Positions 1 through 10,540 of a stretch of 64,000 nt of DNA are shown in pieces (position 1 is the stretch's first letter; the number at the start of each line of letters is the position of its first letter). The translations under genes were made by a program, and so were the position numbers. The notes under the pieces were generated by a model. The model was not told the DNA's origin and made no database searches. It was given only the letters and a program-made list of their open reading frames with translations. Origin of the DNA: Vulcanimicrobiota bacterium (GTDB lineage Bacteria; Vulcanimicrobiota; Vulcanimicrobiia; Vulcanimicrobiales; Vulcanimicrobiaceae); assembly GCA_963784655.1 (NCBI GenBank), contig CAWASO010000001.1:1056013-1120012 (forward strand). Reading direction: 5' to 3'.

Positions 1-735
1 CTGGCGAAAGCGCGCAACGCCGGGATCGCGCGCGCGACCGGCGAGCGCATCGCCTTCATCGACGACGACGTGCTGCCGACGCCGGTGTTCGCCGCCGAGC
101 ACCTGCGCTCGGACGAGCGGCACGGCGACGTGGTGGTGCGCGGCGCGGTCATCAACACCGAGTCGTTCGACGCCCTGCCGCTGCCGGTCTGGTCGCTCGC
201 GGAACTACAGCGCGAACTGGTTCTGGACGTCCAACGTCGAGCGTGCGGCGGGCCCGGCTGGACGCCGTCGGCGGCCGCTTCGACGAGTCGTTCTCCGAGT
301 ACGGCTGGGAGGACATCGAGCTCGGGCCTGCGCCTGCGCGCGCTCGGCACGCAGGCGGTCTTCAACCGCCGCGCGGTGGCGTTCCACTGGAAGCCCGCGC
401 CCAAGGGCACCAACGTCGCCGGCATGCTGCGCCAGGTCCGCGCGCAAGCGCGCACCGCGGTGCGGCTGGAAGCGCGCCACCCCGGCTGGCGCGTCGCGCT
501 GGCGATCGGCGATACGCGCCGCAGCGCCTGCTCGGCGACGCGCTGCGCAAGAGCGGCCTTCCGGCCCGCCTCGAACGCCTCGTCGGCCCGGCCGGCAGCG
601 GCAGCACAGCCGGCGACGCGACCGGCCCGGGTGCCGCGGGCGACGCGAAGCTCTCGCCGCCCAGCTCGCCGCGGCGCGCTGCTCGCGAGCGCCGCGTACT
701 ACGACGAGCTGGCGCGCGCGAAGGCTGAGCGCTGA
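1..735 (+). CDS. Glycosyltransferase family 2 (5'-partial, several apparent frameshifts)
   Basis: Frames stitch to ARNAGIARATGERIAFIDDD...TSNVS...FDESFSEYGWEDIELG, typical GT-A/GT2 motifs. Confidence 0.8.
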   Translation: MAKARNAGIARATGERIAFIDDDVLPTPVFAAEHLRSDERHGDVVVRGAVINTESFDALPLPVWSLAELQRELVLDVQRRACGGPGWTPSAAASTSRSPSTAGRTSSSGLRLRALGTQAVFNRRAVAFHWKPAPKGTNVAGMLRQVRAQARTAVRLEARHPGWRVALAIGDTRRSACSATRCARAAFRPASNASSARPAAAAQPATRPARVPRATRSSRRPARRGALLASAAYYDELARAKAER

Positions 736-808
736 GCGTGCGCCGCTCGAAAAGCAAGAGCGCCGGTGCTACACGCGAACGAGCCACGATGATGGGACTC
801 CACCTCGC

Positions 809-1453
809 ATGAACGACGGATCGATCCACGATTTCCTGGTCGAGCGCTACCAGCGCTTTCGCGCGGAGTCGTTCCCCGCGCGGCAAGATTTGTTCGAAGA
901 GCTCGCCCAGGGCCAGAGCCCGCGCGTGCTCTTCATCACCTGCTCCGACTCGCGGGTCGTCCCGAGCCTGATCCTGGCCGGCGACCCGGGCGACGTGTTC
1001 GAGTGCCAGATCGTGGGCAACATCGTGCCCGCCTACGGCGACTCGTTCGGGGGCGTCTCCGCGACGCTCGAGTACGCGGTCACGGTGCTCAAGGTGCAGG
1101 CCATCATCGTCTGCGGCCACTCCGACTGCGGCGCGATGAAGGCCCTGCGCGATCCCGGGCAGTTCAAGGGCCTGACCGCCGTCGCGCTGTGGCTGCGCCA
1201 CGCCGAAGCGGCGACGCGCATCGCGCGCGACGCCTCCGCCGGTCTCTCCGAGGACGAGGCGCTGCGCCTGCTCACGCGCGAGAACGTCATCGCCCAAATG
1301 GACAACATGCGCACCCACCCCGCCGTCGCCGTAGGCCGCCGCCACGGGCTCGAAGTGTTCGGCTGGCTCTACGACATCAAGACCGGCGCGGTCGAGAGCT
1401 ACGACGAAAAGACGCGCACGTTCGTCCCGCTCGGCGAACGGACGCCGCTCTAG
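809..1453 (+). CDS. Beta-class carbonic anhydrase
   Basis: CSDSRV and CGHSDCGAM zinc-ligand motifs. Confidence 0.93.
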   Translation: MNDGSIHDFLVERYQRFRAESFPARQDLFEELAQGQSPRVLFITCSDSRVVPSLILAGDPGDVFECQIVGNIVPAYGDSFGGVSATLEYAVTVLKVQAIIVCGHSDCGAMKALRDPGQFKGLTAVALWLRHAEAATRIARDASAGLSEDEALRLLTRENVIAQMDNMRTHPAVAVGRRHGLEVFGWLYDIKTGAVESYDEKTRTFVPLGERTPL

Positions 1454-1487
1454 GTCAAGTCATGGCGGCTATGTCAGCGTCCCTAGT

Positions 1488-3146
1488 CTAGACCGTCGCC
1501 TGCGGCAGCAGGTCGAGGTACTGGTGGACGTAGGCGACCACCATGCTGCCCTCGCCTACGCCCGACGCCACGCGCTTGACCGAGGTGCTGCGGACGTCGC
1601 CGGCCGCGAACACGCCCGGCATGCTCGTCTCCAGCGGGAACGGCGCGCGCTGCTCGCGCCAGCCCTCGATGTCGCGCCCGGTGCGGACGTAGCCGCGCTC
1701 GTCGCGCTCGATCTGCGCCGGGAGCCACGCCGTCTCGGCGTCGGCGCCGATGAAGGCGAACAGCGCGTCGGCGCGCCGCTCGCGGATCTCGCCGCCGGGC
1801 TCGGTGCGGGTCGCGATCGTCTCCAGGTGCGCGCCGCCGCCGACCCGCACGACGGTCGTGCGCGGTTCGACCGCGATGTTGTCCTTGGTGCGCAGCTGCG
1901 CGATCAGGTAGTGCGACATGCTGCGCTCCAGCCCGTCCGCGCGCACCAGGATGGTCACGCTGCGCGCGTAGCCTGAGAAGAACATCGCGGCCTGGCCGGC
2001 CGAGTTGCCGCCGCCGACCAGGAAGATGTCCTTGCCGCGCACGCCCATCGCCTCGGTCCGCGCCGCGCCGTAGTAGATGCCGCGGCCGACGAACTCCGCC
2101 GCGCCCTCGGCGGGCAGCTCGCGCCACGTCACGCCGGTGGCGATCACGAGCGCGCGCGCGGTCACGCTCTCGTCGCCGTCGAGCGTCACCGCGTACCCGC
2201 CCGCCGCGGGCGCGATCGTGCGGACCCAGCGCGTCACGAGGATCTCGGTGTCGAAGCGCTTGGCCTGCTGCAGCGCGCGGTTGGCCAGGTCGCTGCCGGA
2301 GACGCCGGTCGGAAAGCCGAGGTAGTTCTCGATCCGCGACGACGTGCCGGCCTGGCCGCCCGGCGCTTCGCCCTCGATCATCACGGTGCGCAAGCCCTCG
2401 GAGCCGCCGTACACCGCGGCGGCCAGCCCGGCCGGCCCGCCCCCGACGATCAGCAGGTCGTACGCCGTCTCGCGCGGCGCGATCTGCAGGTTGAGCGCGC
2501 ACGCGAGCTCGCGGTTGTCCGGCACCTCGAGCACGCGCCCGCCCGCGAGCAGCACCAGCGGGTACCGCTTCGCGCCGCGCGCCGGGGCCGGGATGATCTC
2601 GGCGTCCGCTTCGTCGGTCGGGTCGAGCCACTCGAACGCGATCTGGTTGCGCGAGAGGAAGTCGCGGATGTCGTGGCACGCGAAGTCCAGCCGGTCGCCG
2701 ACGATCGTCGCCTGGGTGGGGTTCGCGGCCGCGTACGCGTCGCTGATGAAGGTCACGCGCCGGCTCAGCGAGCGGGCCATGATCGCCGCCGCCTCGGCCG
2801 ACTCGGTCAGCAGCAGGTGGAAGTCGGCCGCGTCGGTGCGCATCAGGCGCGAGGGCCGCAGCGCGCGGATCGCGGCGAACGACTCGGTGCCCAGCATGAG
2901 CGGCACCTCGCCGAAGTACTCGCCGGGGTCGAAGGTCGTCATCTGCACGTCCTCGCCCGCGACGGTCTTCACCCGCTCGACCTCGCCCTCGAGCAGGGTC
3001 CAGAAGTAGGGCGGGTCGCCCTCGTAGGAGATCCACTCGCCGACGTTGGCCCGGATGTCGGCCGAGCGGGCGGCCAGGCGCGCCCGCAGCGCGTGCGGGA
3101 TCGCCGCGAACAGCGGGATGTCGGCGAGCTCGGCGGGCGTGATCAT
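1488..3146 (-). CDS. cNMP-binding domain + thioredoxin-reductase-like FAD oxidoreductase
   Basis: N-terminal GEYFGEVPL cNMP motif; GGGPAGLAAA, GGGNSAGQ, VFAAGDVR; ATG at 3146. Confidence 0.88.
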   Translation of the reverse strand: MITPAELADIPLFAAIPHALRARLAARSADIRANVGEWISYEGDPPYFWTLLEGEVERVKTVAGEDVQMTTFDPGEYFGEVPLMLGTESFAAIRALRPSRLMRTDAADFHLLLTESAEAAAIMARSLSRRVTFISDAYAAANPTQATIVGDRLDFACHDIRDFLSRNQIAFEWLDPTDEADAEIIPAPARGAKRYPLVLLAGGRVLEVPDNRELACALNLQIAPRETAYDLLIVGGGPAGLAAAVYGGSEGLRTVMIEGEAPGGQAGTSSRIENYLGFPTGVSGSDLANRALQQAKRFDTEILVTRWVRTIAPAAGGYAVTLDGDESVTARALVIATGVTWRELPAEGAAEFVGRGIYYGAARTEAMGVRGKDIFLVGGGNSAGQAAMFFSGYARSVTILVRADGLERSMSHYLIAQLRTKDNIAVEPRTTVVRVGGGAHLETIATRTEPGGEIRERRADALFAFIGADAETAWLPAQIERDERGYVRTGRDIEGWREQRAPFPLETSMPGVFAAGDVRSTSVKRVASGVGEGSMVVAYVHQYLDLLPQATV

Positions 3147-3236
3147 CGCGCAGGGTTCCCCACCGGCGCGGAGCGGTACTCCAGCCGCCGTGCCCCGCCG
3201 GCGGATCGTGGCCGCCAGGCGGGTACAAGCGCGCGC

Positions 3237-3587
3237 ATGAGCGTCACCGCACCGGACTTCACCAAGGCCCCGCCGCGCAGCGGCCGCGACATGCTGGGCG
3301 GCTACGCGTGGCTGGCGCGGCTGGCCGACAAGGCCCGCGCCGAGCAGGCCGGCACGCACGCCGACTACGTCGCCTACTGCCCGCTCTCGCAAGGCTTCCT
3401 CCATGCGGCGGGCGTCTCGGACCAGGACTTCCAGCGCCTGATCAGCGACGGCGCGAGCGACGACGACCTGGTGAAGTACTTCGACGAGCACGTCCCGGCC
3501 GAGCGCAAGACGGCGGCGAACCACTACGTGCTCGAGACCGTGGCCTCGCACCTCGACGAGCAGGACGCGGAGGAAGGGCGCCGCTAA
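3237..3587 (+). CDS. DUF5069-like small protein
   Basis: PPRSGRDMLGGYAWLARLADKARA...YCPLS resembles DUF5069. Confidence 0.7.
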   Translation: MSVTAPDFTKAPPRSGRDMLGGYAWLARLADKARAEQAGTHADYVAYCPLSQGFLHAAGVSDQDFQRLISDGASDDDLVKYFDEHVPAERKTAANHYVLETVASHLDEQDAEEGRR

Positions 3588-3600
3588 GCTCGCGGGGGTC

Positions 3601-4579
3601 GTGCGGATCCTCCTCTCGCGCACCGATCGCGTCGGCGACCTGATCCTCTCCACGCCGGCGATCGCCTCGATCCGGCGCTCGTTCCCCGACGCCCACGTCA
3701 CGCTGGCGTGCAGCCGCTACAACGCGGTGGTGGTCGAGCGCTCGCCCGACGTCGACGCGCTCGCGCTCTACCCCGAGGACGTGAAGCCCGAGGCGTTCGG
3801 CGCGCGCTACCGCGAGGTCGACCTGGCCGTCGCGCTGGCGCCGCGCGACGTCGACCACCGGATCGTCGCCGCGACCCGGGCGCCCAAGCGGGTCGGCTAC
3901 ACCTACGCCACCCGCTACCTGGCCCGCCTCGCGCTGCGCACCCGGCTGACCGACGTCGTGCTCAGCCAGGCCGACCCGGCCCTCTCCGAGCGCCACCCCG
4001 AGCGCGCGATCGCCCACGAGGTGGACCAGGTGCTCGCCGTGGCCCAGGCCGCCGGCGCGACGACCCTGGCCCGCGAGCTGGTCCTGCCCCTGAGCGAGGC
4101 CGACCGCGCGGCCGTGGCCGACCTGCCCGAGCGGCCGATCGTGGTCCAGCTCGGCAAGCGCTGGACCGAGGGCGGCTCGACCACGGCCAGCGTCCTGCAG
4201 CTCTTCCGCGACCTGCGCGCCCTGGGCCGCCCGCTGGTGGCGACCTACGCCGCCGACGGGCGCGCGCTGGGCGAGGCGGTCGCCGGCGGCCGGGCTGGCC
4301 GACGCCGTGCGGGGCGACCTGCCGTTCGGCCAGTGGGCGGCGGTGTTCGCGCGGGCCGCCTGCGTGCTCACGATCGACACCGGTGCGACCCATGTCGCAA
4401 GCGCGATGCGGGTCCCGACGGTGGTCCTGTTCGAGGACAAGTGGTTCCGGCTGGCCTCGCAGGAATGGTCGCCGTACCGCGTGCCGAACGCGATCCTTCG
4501 CAAACCGCCGGACGAGACCGAATCATCGCTGCGCGCCTCGCGCGCCGAGATCGTCGCCGCCGTCGCCTCGCTCTTATGA
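3601..4579 (+). CDS. Glycosyltransferase family 9 (heptosyltransferase-like), frameshift near 4290
   Basis: RILLSRTDRVGDLILSTP at the N-terminus; IDTGATHVASAMRVPTVVLF in the shifted frame. Confidence 0.85.
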
Positions 4580-5478
4580 CAGCACCGCGCATTTCCGTCG
4601 TCGTTCCGACGTACAACCGCCTCGACACGCTCCGCCACGTGATCCCGTCGCTGCTCGCGCAGGATCTCCGCCGCGGCGAGTTCGAGGTGCTCGTCGCCGA
4701 CTCCAACTCCACCGACGGCACCAAGGAGTACCTGGCCGGCGTCCACGCCGACCACCCCTACGTGCGCCACCTGCCCGGCCCGTACACCGGCCGCGCGATG
4801 GCGCGCAACGCCGGCATCGCCGAGGCGCTGGGGCCGCATCGTGCTCTTCACCGACGCCGACATCATCGCGTCGCCCGACCTGCTCTCGCGCCACCTCGCC
4901 CACCACGAGACGGAGGACGCGCGCTGCGCCGTGGTCGGCATGGAAGTCCAGGTCGACTCGTACGAGGACTACCTGAGCAAGAAGTCCCACCGCGGCCTGC
5001 GCACGCCGCTGCACGGCACCAAGCCCAAGCGGCTGTCGTGGCTGTACTTCCTGACCGGCAACGCCTCGGCGCCCAAGGCCGAGCTCGACCGGGTCGGCCG
5101 CTTCGACGAGGACTTCACCGGCTACGGCCACGAGGATCTCGAGCTGGGCTACCGCCTGCAGCAGGGCGGCGTGCCGATCGTCTACGAGCCCAACGCCGTG
5201 AACTACCACTGGCACCCCGTGCCGTGGCAGGAACAGCAGCAGAAGTACGAGCTGGCCGGCCGCTCGACGGTGCGCTTCCACCGCAAGCACAAGGCCTTCG
5301 ACGTGCAGTTGCGCCTCGGCATGACGCCCGTCTCGCTCGCGCTGCACGACCTCGTCGAGCGCAGACCGGCGCGATCAAGACCTGGATCGAGAGCGGCGCG
5401 CAGCGCCCCGGTCTCGCGCGCACGCTTTCGTATCAATACCACTACCTCACCGGAGTCAAGGCCGCCCTACGTGGATAG
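4576..5478 (+). CDS. Glycosyltransferase family 2, frameshifts near 4830 and 5360
   Basis: ISVVVPTYNR, ARNAG, FTDAD, GYGHEDLELG. Confidence 0.85.
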   Translation: MTAPRISVVVPTYNRLDTLRHVIPSLLAQDLRRGEFEVLVADSNSTDGTKEYLAGVHADHPYVRHLPGPYTGRAMARNAGIAEALGPHRALHRRRHHRVARPALAPPRPPRDGGRALRRGRHGSPGRLVRGLPEQEVPPRPAHAAARHQAQAAVVAVLPDRQRLGAQGRARPGRPLRRGLHRLRPRGSRAGLPPAAGRRADRLRAQRRELPLAPRAVAGTAAEVRAGRPLDGALPPQAQGLRRAVAPRHDARLARAARPRRAQTGAIKTWIESGAQRPGLARTLSYQYHYLTGVKAALRG

Positions 5479-7241
5479 CTCATCGATCGCCCGCGCGTCC
5501 TGCGGAGCGCTGACCGCCGCCGACGCCGGCCGCACCGTGGAGCTGAACGGCTGGGTGCACCGCCGGCGCGACCACGGCGGCCTGATCTTCATCGACCTGC
5601 GCGACCGCGACGGGATCACCCAGATCACGTTCGACCCGTCCAAGGGCGAGGTGTTCCGCGAGGCCGAGTCGCTGCGCAGCGAGGACGTGGTGCGGGTGAC
5701 CGGCACGGTGCGCCGCCGCCCGGCCGGCACCGAGAACCCGCGCCTGCCGACGGGCGAGGTGGAGCTGCCGGTCGACACGCTCGAGGTGCTCAACCGCTCC
5801 GAGACGCCGCCGTTCGTCGTCGCGGCCGAGGAAGAGCCGTCCGAGGAGCTGCGCCTGCGCTACCGCTACCTCGACCTGCGCCGCCCGCGCATGCAGCGCA
5901 ACCTCACGCTGCGGCACAAGATCGTCAAGGCGTTCCGCGACTACTTCGACGAGCGCGACTTCCTCGAGATCGAGACGCCCAACCTGATCAAGTCGACCCC
6001 CGAGGGCGCGCGCGACTTCCTGGTGCCCTCGCGCGTGCACAAGGGCAGCTTCTACGCGCTGCCGCAGTCGCCGCAGATCCTCAAGCAGATCCTGATGATC
6101 GGCGGCCTGGGCCGCTACATGCAGATCGCGCGCTGCTTCCGCGACGAGGACGGGCGCGCCGACCGCCAGCTCGAGTTCACCCAGGTGGACGTCGAGATGA
6201 CCTTCGTGCAGCAAGAGGACGTGATCGCGATGATGGAAGGCGCGATCCGGTTCGTGTGGGAGCGCGCGCTCGGGCTGGCGATTCCCGACCCGCTGCCGCG
6301 GCTGACGTACGCCGAGGCGATGCGGCGGTACGGCTCGGACAAGCCGGACCTGCGCTTCGAGCTGGAGCTGGTGGACGTGGCGGACCTGTTCCGCGGCGGG
6401 GCGTTCGGGCTGTTCGCCGGCCTGGCGGAGAGCGATGCGAACCGGGTGATCGCGCTGCGCTGGCCGGGCGGGGCGGCGCTGTCGCGGCGGGACTTCGACG
6501 CGGTGACGGAGCTGGCGAAGACGTTCGGCGCGAAGGGGCTGGCGTACGTGTCGCTGGCGGCGGACGGCGTGAAGGGCTCGATCGCGCGGTTCGTCGACGA
6601 GGAGCTGGCGGCGAAGCTGCGCGCGCGGACCGGGGCGCAGGACGGGGATGCGATCCTGTTCGTGGGCGATGCGGCGCTGCCGGCGTCCGATGTGGCGGGG
6701 CGGCTGCGGCTGGAGATCGGCGAGCGGCTGGGGCTGCGCGATCCGGCGAAGTTCGCGTTCACCTGGGTGCTGGGGTTCCCGCTGTTCGAGCGCGAGGAGA
6801 ACGGGGAGATCACGTTCTCGCACCACCCGTTCACCGCGCCGCTGCCGGGCCAGGAGGCGCTGTTCGACAGCGATCCGCTGGCGATCACGGCGCAGCACTA
6901 CGACCTGGTGCTGAACGGCTCGGAGCTGGGGAGCGGGTCGATCCGTAACCACACGGTGGAGTTCCAGCGGCGGGTGTTCCAGCGGCTGGGGCTGACGCGA
7001 CGAGCAGATCGACGACCGGTTCGGGTTCTTCATGGAGGCGCTGAAGTACGGCGCGCCGCCGCACGGGGGGATGGCGCTGGGGATCGACCGAATCGTGATG
7101 ATCGCGGCGGGGGAGAGCAGCATTCGGGACGTGATCGCGTTTCCGAAGAACCAGGTGGCGCGGGATCTTATGATGGATGCGCCTTCTGGGGTGCCGGAGG
7201 GGGCGATGCGGGAGTTGGGGTTGCGGGTCGTCCAGCAATAG
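5471..7241 (+). CDS. aspS: Aspartate--tRNA ligase, frameshift near 7000
   Basis: [58 protein letters not shown]. Confidence 0.96.
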
Positions 7242-7252
7242 GAACATAACGG

Positions 7253-7289
7253 AAGGTGCTAACACGTTCGAATCCCGTTGGGGCTACCA
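7253..7289 (+). mobile_element. 3' half of a tRNA (probably Glu); candidate att-site scar
   Basis: AAGGTGCTAACACGTTCGAATCCCGTTGGGGCTACCA has a T-loop, acceptor 3' strand and CCA; no 5' half upstream; next to an integrase remnant. Confidence 0.75.
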
Positions 7290-7371
7290 ATCTTTCCCAG
7301 TAACCATGAGGGTTTCTGGCTCGCGTTTCAGATGTAAGGGGATCGAAATCTCACATCGGCAAGCGGAGCTG

Positions 7372-7640
7372 TTAGCCGACTAAACGCTCGAAGGCGCTGG
7401 CCGCTGCGGCGCACTTTTCTTTGTAGACCGTTAGGAAGCGGTCGGCCGTGATGCTGCTGAGGCCCAGGCACTCACTGATGACATCGTGTCCGATGCCCGC
7501 CATAGCAAGCAGGAACGCGTGAGTGTTATGGTGGTCATGTAAAGTGATCGAGGTGACGCCTACGCGTCGGACCAGGGTCTTTGAATGCCGCGCCGAATTC
7601 CAGGCCGTAACGCCATCGCCCGTGGGATCCGGCAATTCTT
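7372..7640 (-). pseudogene. Degenerate tyrosine integrase C-terminal fragment
   Basis: ITLHDHHNTHAFLL...ISECLGLSSITADRFLTVY is a decayed HDLRH...LGH...Y catalytic region. Confidence 0.7.
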
Positions 7641-7645
7641 GTCGA

Positions 7646-8930
7646 TCAAGCTTCGGTTGCGTACTCTGCGGCTTCCCGCGCTTCGGAAAAGTGCGTGCAG
7701 CCCGCGGCTCGCAATTGGTCGAGCATAGCCTTCTGGCCGTCCATGAACGCTCTTTCAATCTTTACGAGCATCACACTCGCCTCGCCGCCAGCGGCTCCAG
7801 CGTGCTGCGCCAGTGTGCGCTCAGGGTGATTAGCGAGCGAGGCACGAATTTTTTCTTTAACCACGGTGTTGCGTACGACTGCGCGCGGCCGCGCCTTCGC
7901 TGGTACATTCTCTTCAATTTCCAGCGGCAACCGTGGCACGGCGTCGCGACGCATGGTGAGATGCGTTAAGACGGTCTGCTGGCCCCATCCTGTTACGGCT
8001 GCGATGGCGCGCAATGATTCACCTCGCCTCGCGAGAGAAACGAACTCGTCGACGTCTTGCTCCGTCGGGCTCGGACGTCCCGAAGTTTTGATACGCTGGT
8101 CCTTGAGCACTTTGCTCACGAGCGCTCGCGAAGCTCTGATTGCATCGGCGATGCCTTCTTGCGTGAACCCGGCTTTAGCAAGCGACTCGATGTATTGATC
8201 GCGGCTCTTGTTTTGTTGGCCTTTGCTTGTTCCGGCAACCTCAACCGCAATGCGGTACGAGAGCGCTTCGAGCGGCGTCATTGACGCCGGAAAATCCTGG
8301 AAAAGCGGTTCGAGCCCGAGTTCCTGGCATAGCTCAAGGCGCGTGACGCCGTCAACAATGATCGGCGGAGCGCCGACTTGCCGCAACCGTAGGATTGGCG
8401 TGACCTGCCCGATGTTTTCGAGCGAGTCGCGTAGCGCCGCACGCCCTTCAGGGGTCGGCTTCTTACGTGAGAGGACGACGTCTTGGAGTACGCGACGGGC
8501 CTGTGATTGGGCGTCCGAGAACGTGTCGACGACGGCCTTTGCTCGTTGCTCGATCGTACCGGCGACGGCGAGACAGCCCAAGGGAGAATGCTGCGGCGGC
8601 GGATTTGCGGCGTCGATGGCGTCGCCCACGAGCTTGAGCCATCCGCGTTCGAGCCCTTGTTTTATGCCTAGCGTGAGATGTTCTTGCTTGTCTTCGAAGA
8701 GCATGCGACCTGTGATTGGCCCACGCTTCTCGTCAGGATTCCTCAGCGCATGCTCGCGAGAAGCGTCGCCCATGAAGTGCTCGAGTCGCTCGAAGAGCTT
8801 GTGCCTGGGTTTGCGGCCCGACGACGACGCAAGTGTCCCATATCATCTTCGCGAGGGGGCGTGGTTCGACCGCCAAGCGATCGAAAACCGGAACGACAAG
8901 GTCGTCGTTCCGGTTTTCGGCGGCGCTCAC
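7646..8930 (-). CDS. ParB/Srx-like domain protein with HTH segments (ORF 7646-8773, probably joined to 8733-8930 by a frameshift)
   Basis: LRDSLENIGQVTPIL...IIVDGVTRLELC; GFTQEGIADAIRAS and GESLRAIAAVTGW HTH-like segments. Confidence 0.65.
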
Positions 8931-9928
8931 GACGCTTCGTTGTACGCTGCAAGCAGCGCTTCGAGACAGTCGCGTGCATGACTAATCTTCTCGACCCACT
9001 CTTCGCGAAGCTCAGCCTTGATCGGCACCCACGCCGACTTGTCGGGGTGTTTCTCGCACATAGCGACCAGCCGCCCGATGACCATAAGCGATTCCTGCGA
9101 GGGGACCTTAGCAACGTTGCGGCCGGCACGTTTCTGCGTGATCTGATCGGCGCGTTCAGCGCGCTGATCGGCAACGAGCTTGAGCCGTTCAGCTTCCGAA
9201 CGGCATTCACTAGTCTCACGTACGATCCGGGACACGTCGGCGATCGCCATGCCCGAGTCGTCGGACAGGCGAACAATCGCTTCAAAGACGGAATTGTCGC
9301 TCACTTTGACGACCTGCACTTTAACGGATGTGGGCAGCTCGAGGTCTTCTATGCCGAGCGCCTCGGCGCGTCTGTCGAAGTCGGCACTCGCAATAAGCCG
9401 CGCAAGCGCACTCTGAGTCATGCCTAGCTCGCGCGCGATGGTTGTTGCCGAGTAATCGCGCTTGTGCATCGTGAGCGCAATTTTCTCACGCTCGGAGCGG
9501 GTGTAAGGATTACCGTTCCATGTGTTCGGAATCGCGGACGCGATGATGGCGTCCTCAATGTTCGTGATGTTCTTGATAATGTACGCGTCAATCGTACCGT
9601 TCGCATTGAGCTTGTTGTTAGCGGCGGTACGAGCGTTGCCGTCGAGCAACACGTAGTCATCGGGGCGGTTCGGATCAGCCCAGGCAAGGATTGGCGGAAA
9701 GACCGCTCCGGCTTGAATCTGTGTGGCATAAAGCTCGACGAGCTCTTTGGGTGAGTCTTCCATCCGAGCTTGGCTTTCAGGGTGCCGTGCGATGGCGCTT
9801 AGGGGCACCTTGGCAACATATTCATACTCGAAGCCCTTGTCTGACAGGCGTTGCTCCCAGGCGATATTCCGGTTGTTAACGACGCGGGAACGAGCCGAGG
9901 ATTTAGCCATGACTGCTATTTCGGCCAT
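8927..9928 (-). CDS. ParB/Srx-like N-terminal domain + HTH protein
   Basis: VPLSAI...QAR...YATQIQAGAVFPPI...YVLLDGNAR; YSATTIARELGMTQSALARLI. Confidence 0.75.
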   Translation of the reverse strand: MAEIAVMAKSSARSRVVNNRNIAWEQRLSDKGFEYEYVAKVPLSAIARHPESQARMEDSPKELVELYATQIQAGAVFPPILAWADPNRPDDYVLLDGNARTAANNKLNANGTIDAYIIKNITNIEDAIIASAIPNTWNGNPYTRSEREKIALTMHKRDYSATTIARELGMTQSALARLIASADFDRRAEALGIEDLELPTSVKVQVVKVSDNSVFEAIVRLSDDSGMAIADVSRIVRETSECRSEAERLKLVADQRAERADQITQKRAGRNVAKVPSQESLMVIGRLVAMCEKHPDKSAWVPIKAELREEWVEKISHARDCLEALLAAYNEAS

Positions 9929-10189
9929 TTTCCAAATACTCCTAGAAATGAGGCTGTGCCGAGCTAGTGCAGTCGGCGTTTCGTCATTCTAACAGCAAAT
10001 GATTATTCACGCAATCGTGAGACGCAAGAAACTCATATCTCTAGTAGTGGAGGCAGCTTACTTGCATTGTTTAGATAGCTAGGCTGGATCTGACGCTGGG
10101 CCTTATCGCGCTCCTTGTGACGTTGCCTTCGGAAAGCGCCCTGAGCATGAGTTGAGAATCCGGGCCAAACGCCTGTAAAGGTCTCCCCC

Positions 10190-10370
10190 ATGAAAAATCC
10201 CGGCTTACCGAAGAGTAGATCGTCGAAGTACTCAAAGGTCCGAGGCTGACGCCAAGATGCCTGACCCGTGCCGCACCCACCTCATCAGGCCCGCGACGTT
10301 CTACAAATGGGAAGTCAAACTTTTGATGGCCTCGAAATCGATACGTCGCCAAGATGCCAGTCCTTAGGAC
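10190..10370 (+). mobile_element. IS3-family transposase OrfA remnant
   Basis: Stitches to MKKSRxTEE*IVEVLK...CRTH...ATFYKWKS..DGLE with a stop and indels. Confidence 0.7.
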
Positions 10371-10540
10371 GAAAACCGCCGGCTAAAACAGACTGCGCGG
10401 CCCTGCACGATCTGGCCGGCGCCTACACGGAGCGGCTCAGCGCGGCCCTTTCCGCAACCTAGCGCGAGCCGTCCCCACCGAGCCGGCGACTTCAGCGGTC
10501 AAGGGAGCCATCTTCCCGCGGGGAACGTGCTGAGTCCAGC

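Noticed and set aside
7242-7290. Functional tRNA gene
   Set aside because: The acceptor 5' strand, D-arm and anticodon 5' strand are absent; aspS ends 12 bp upstream.
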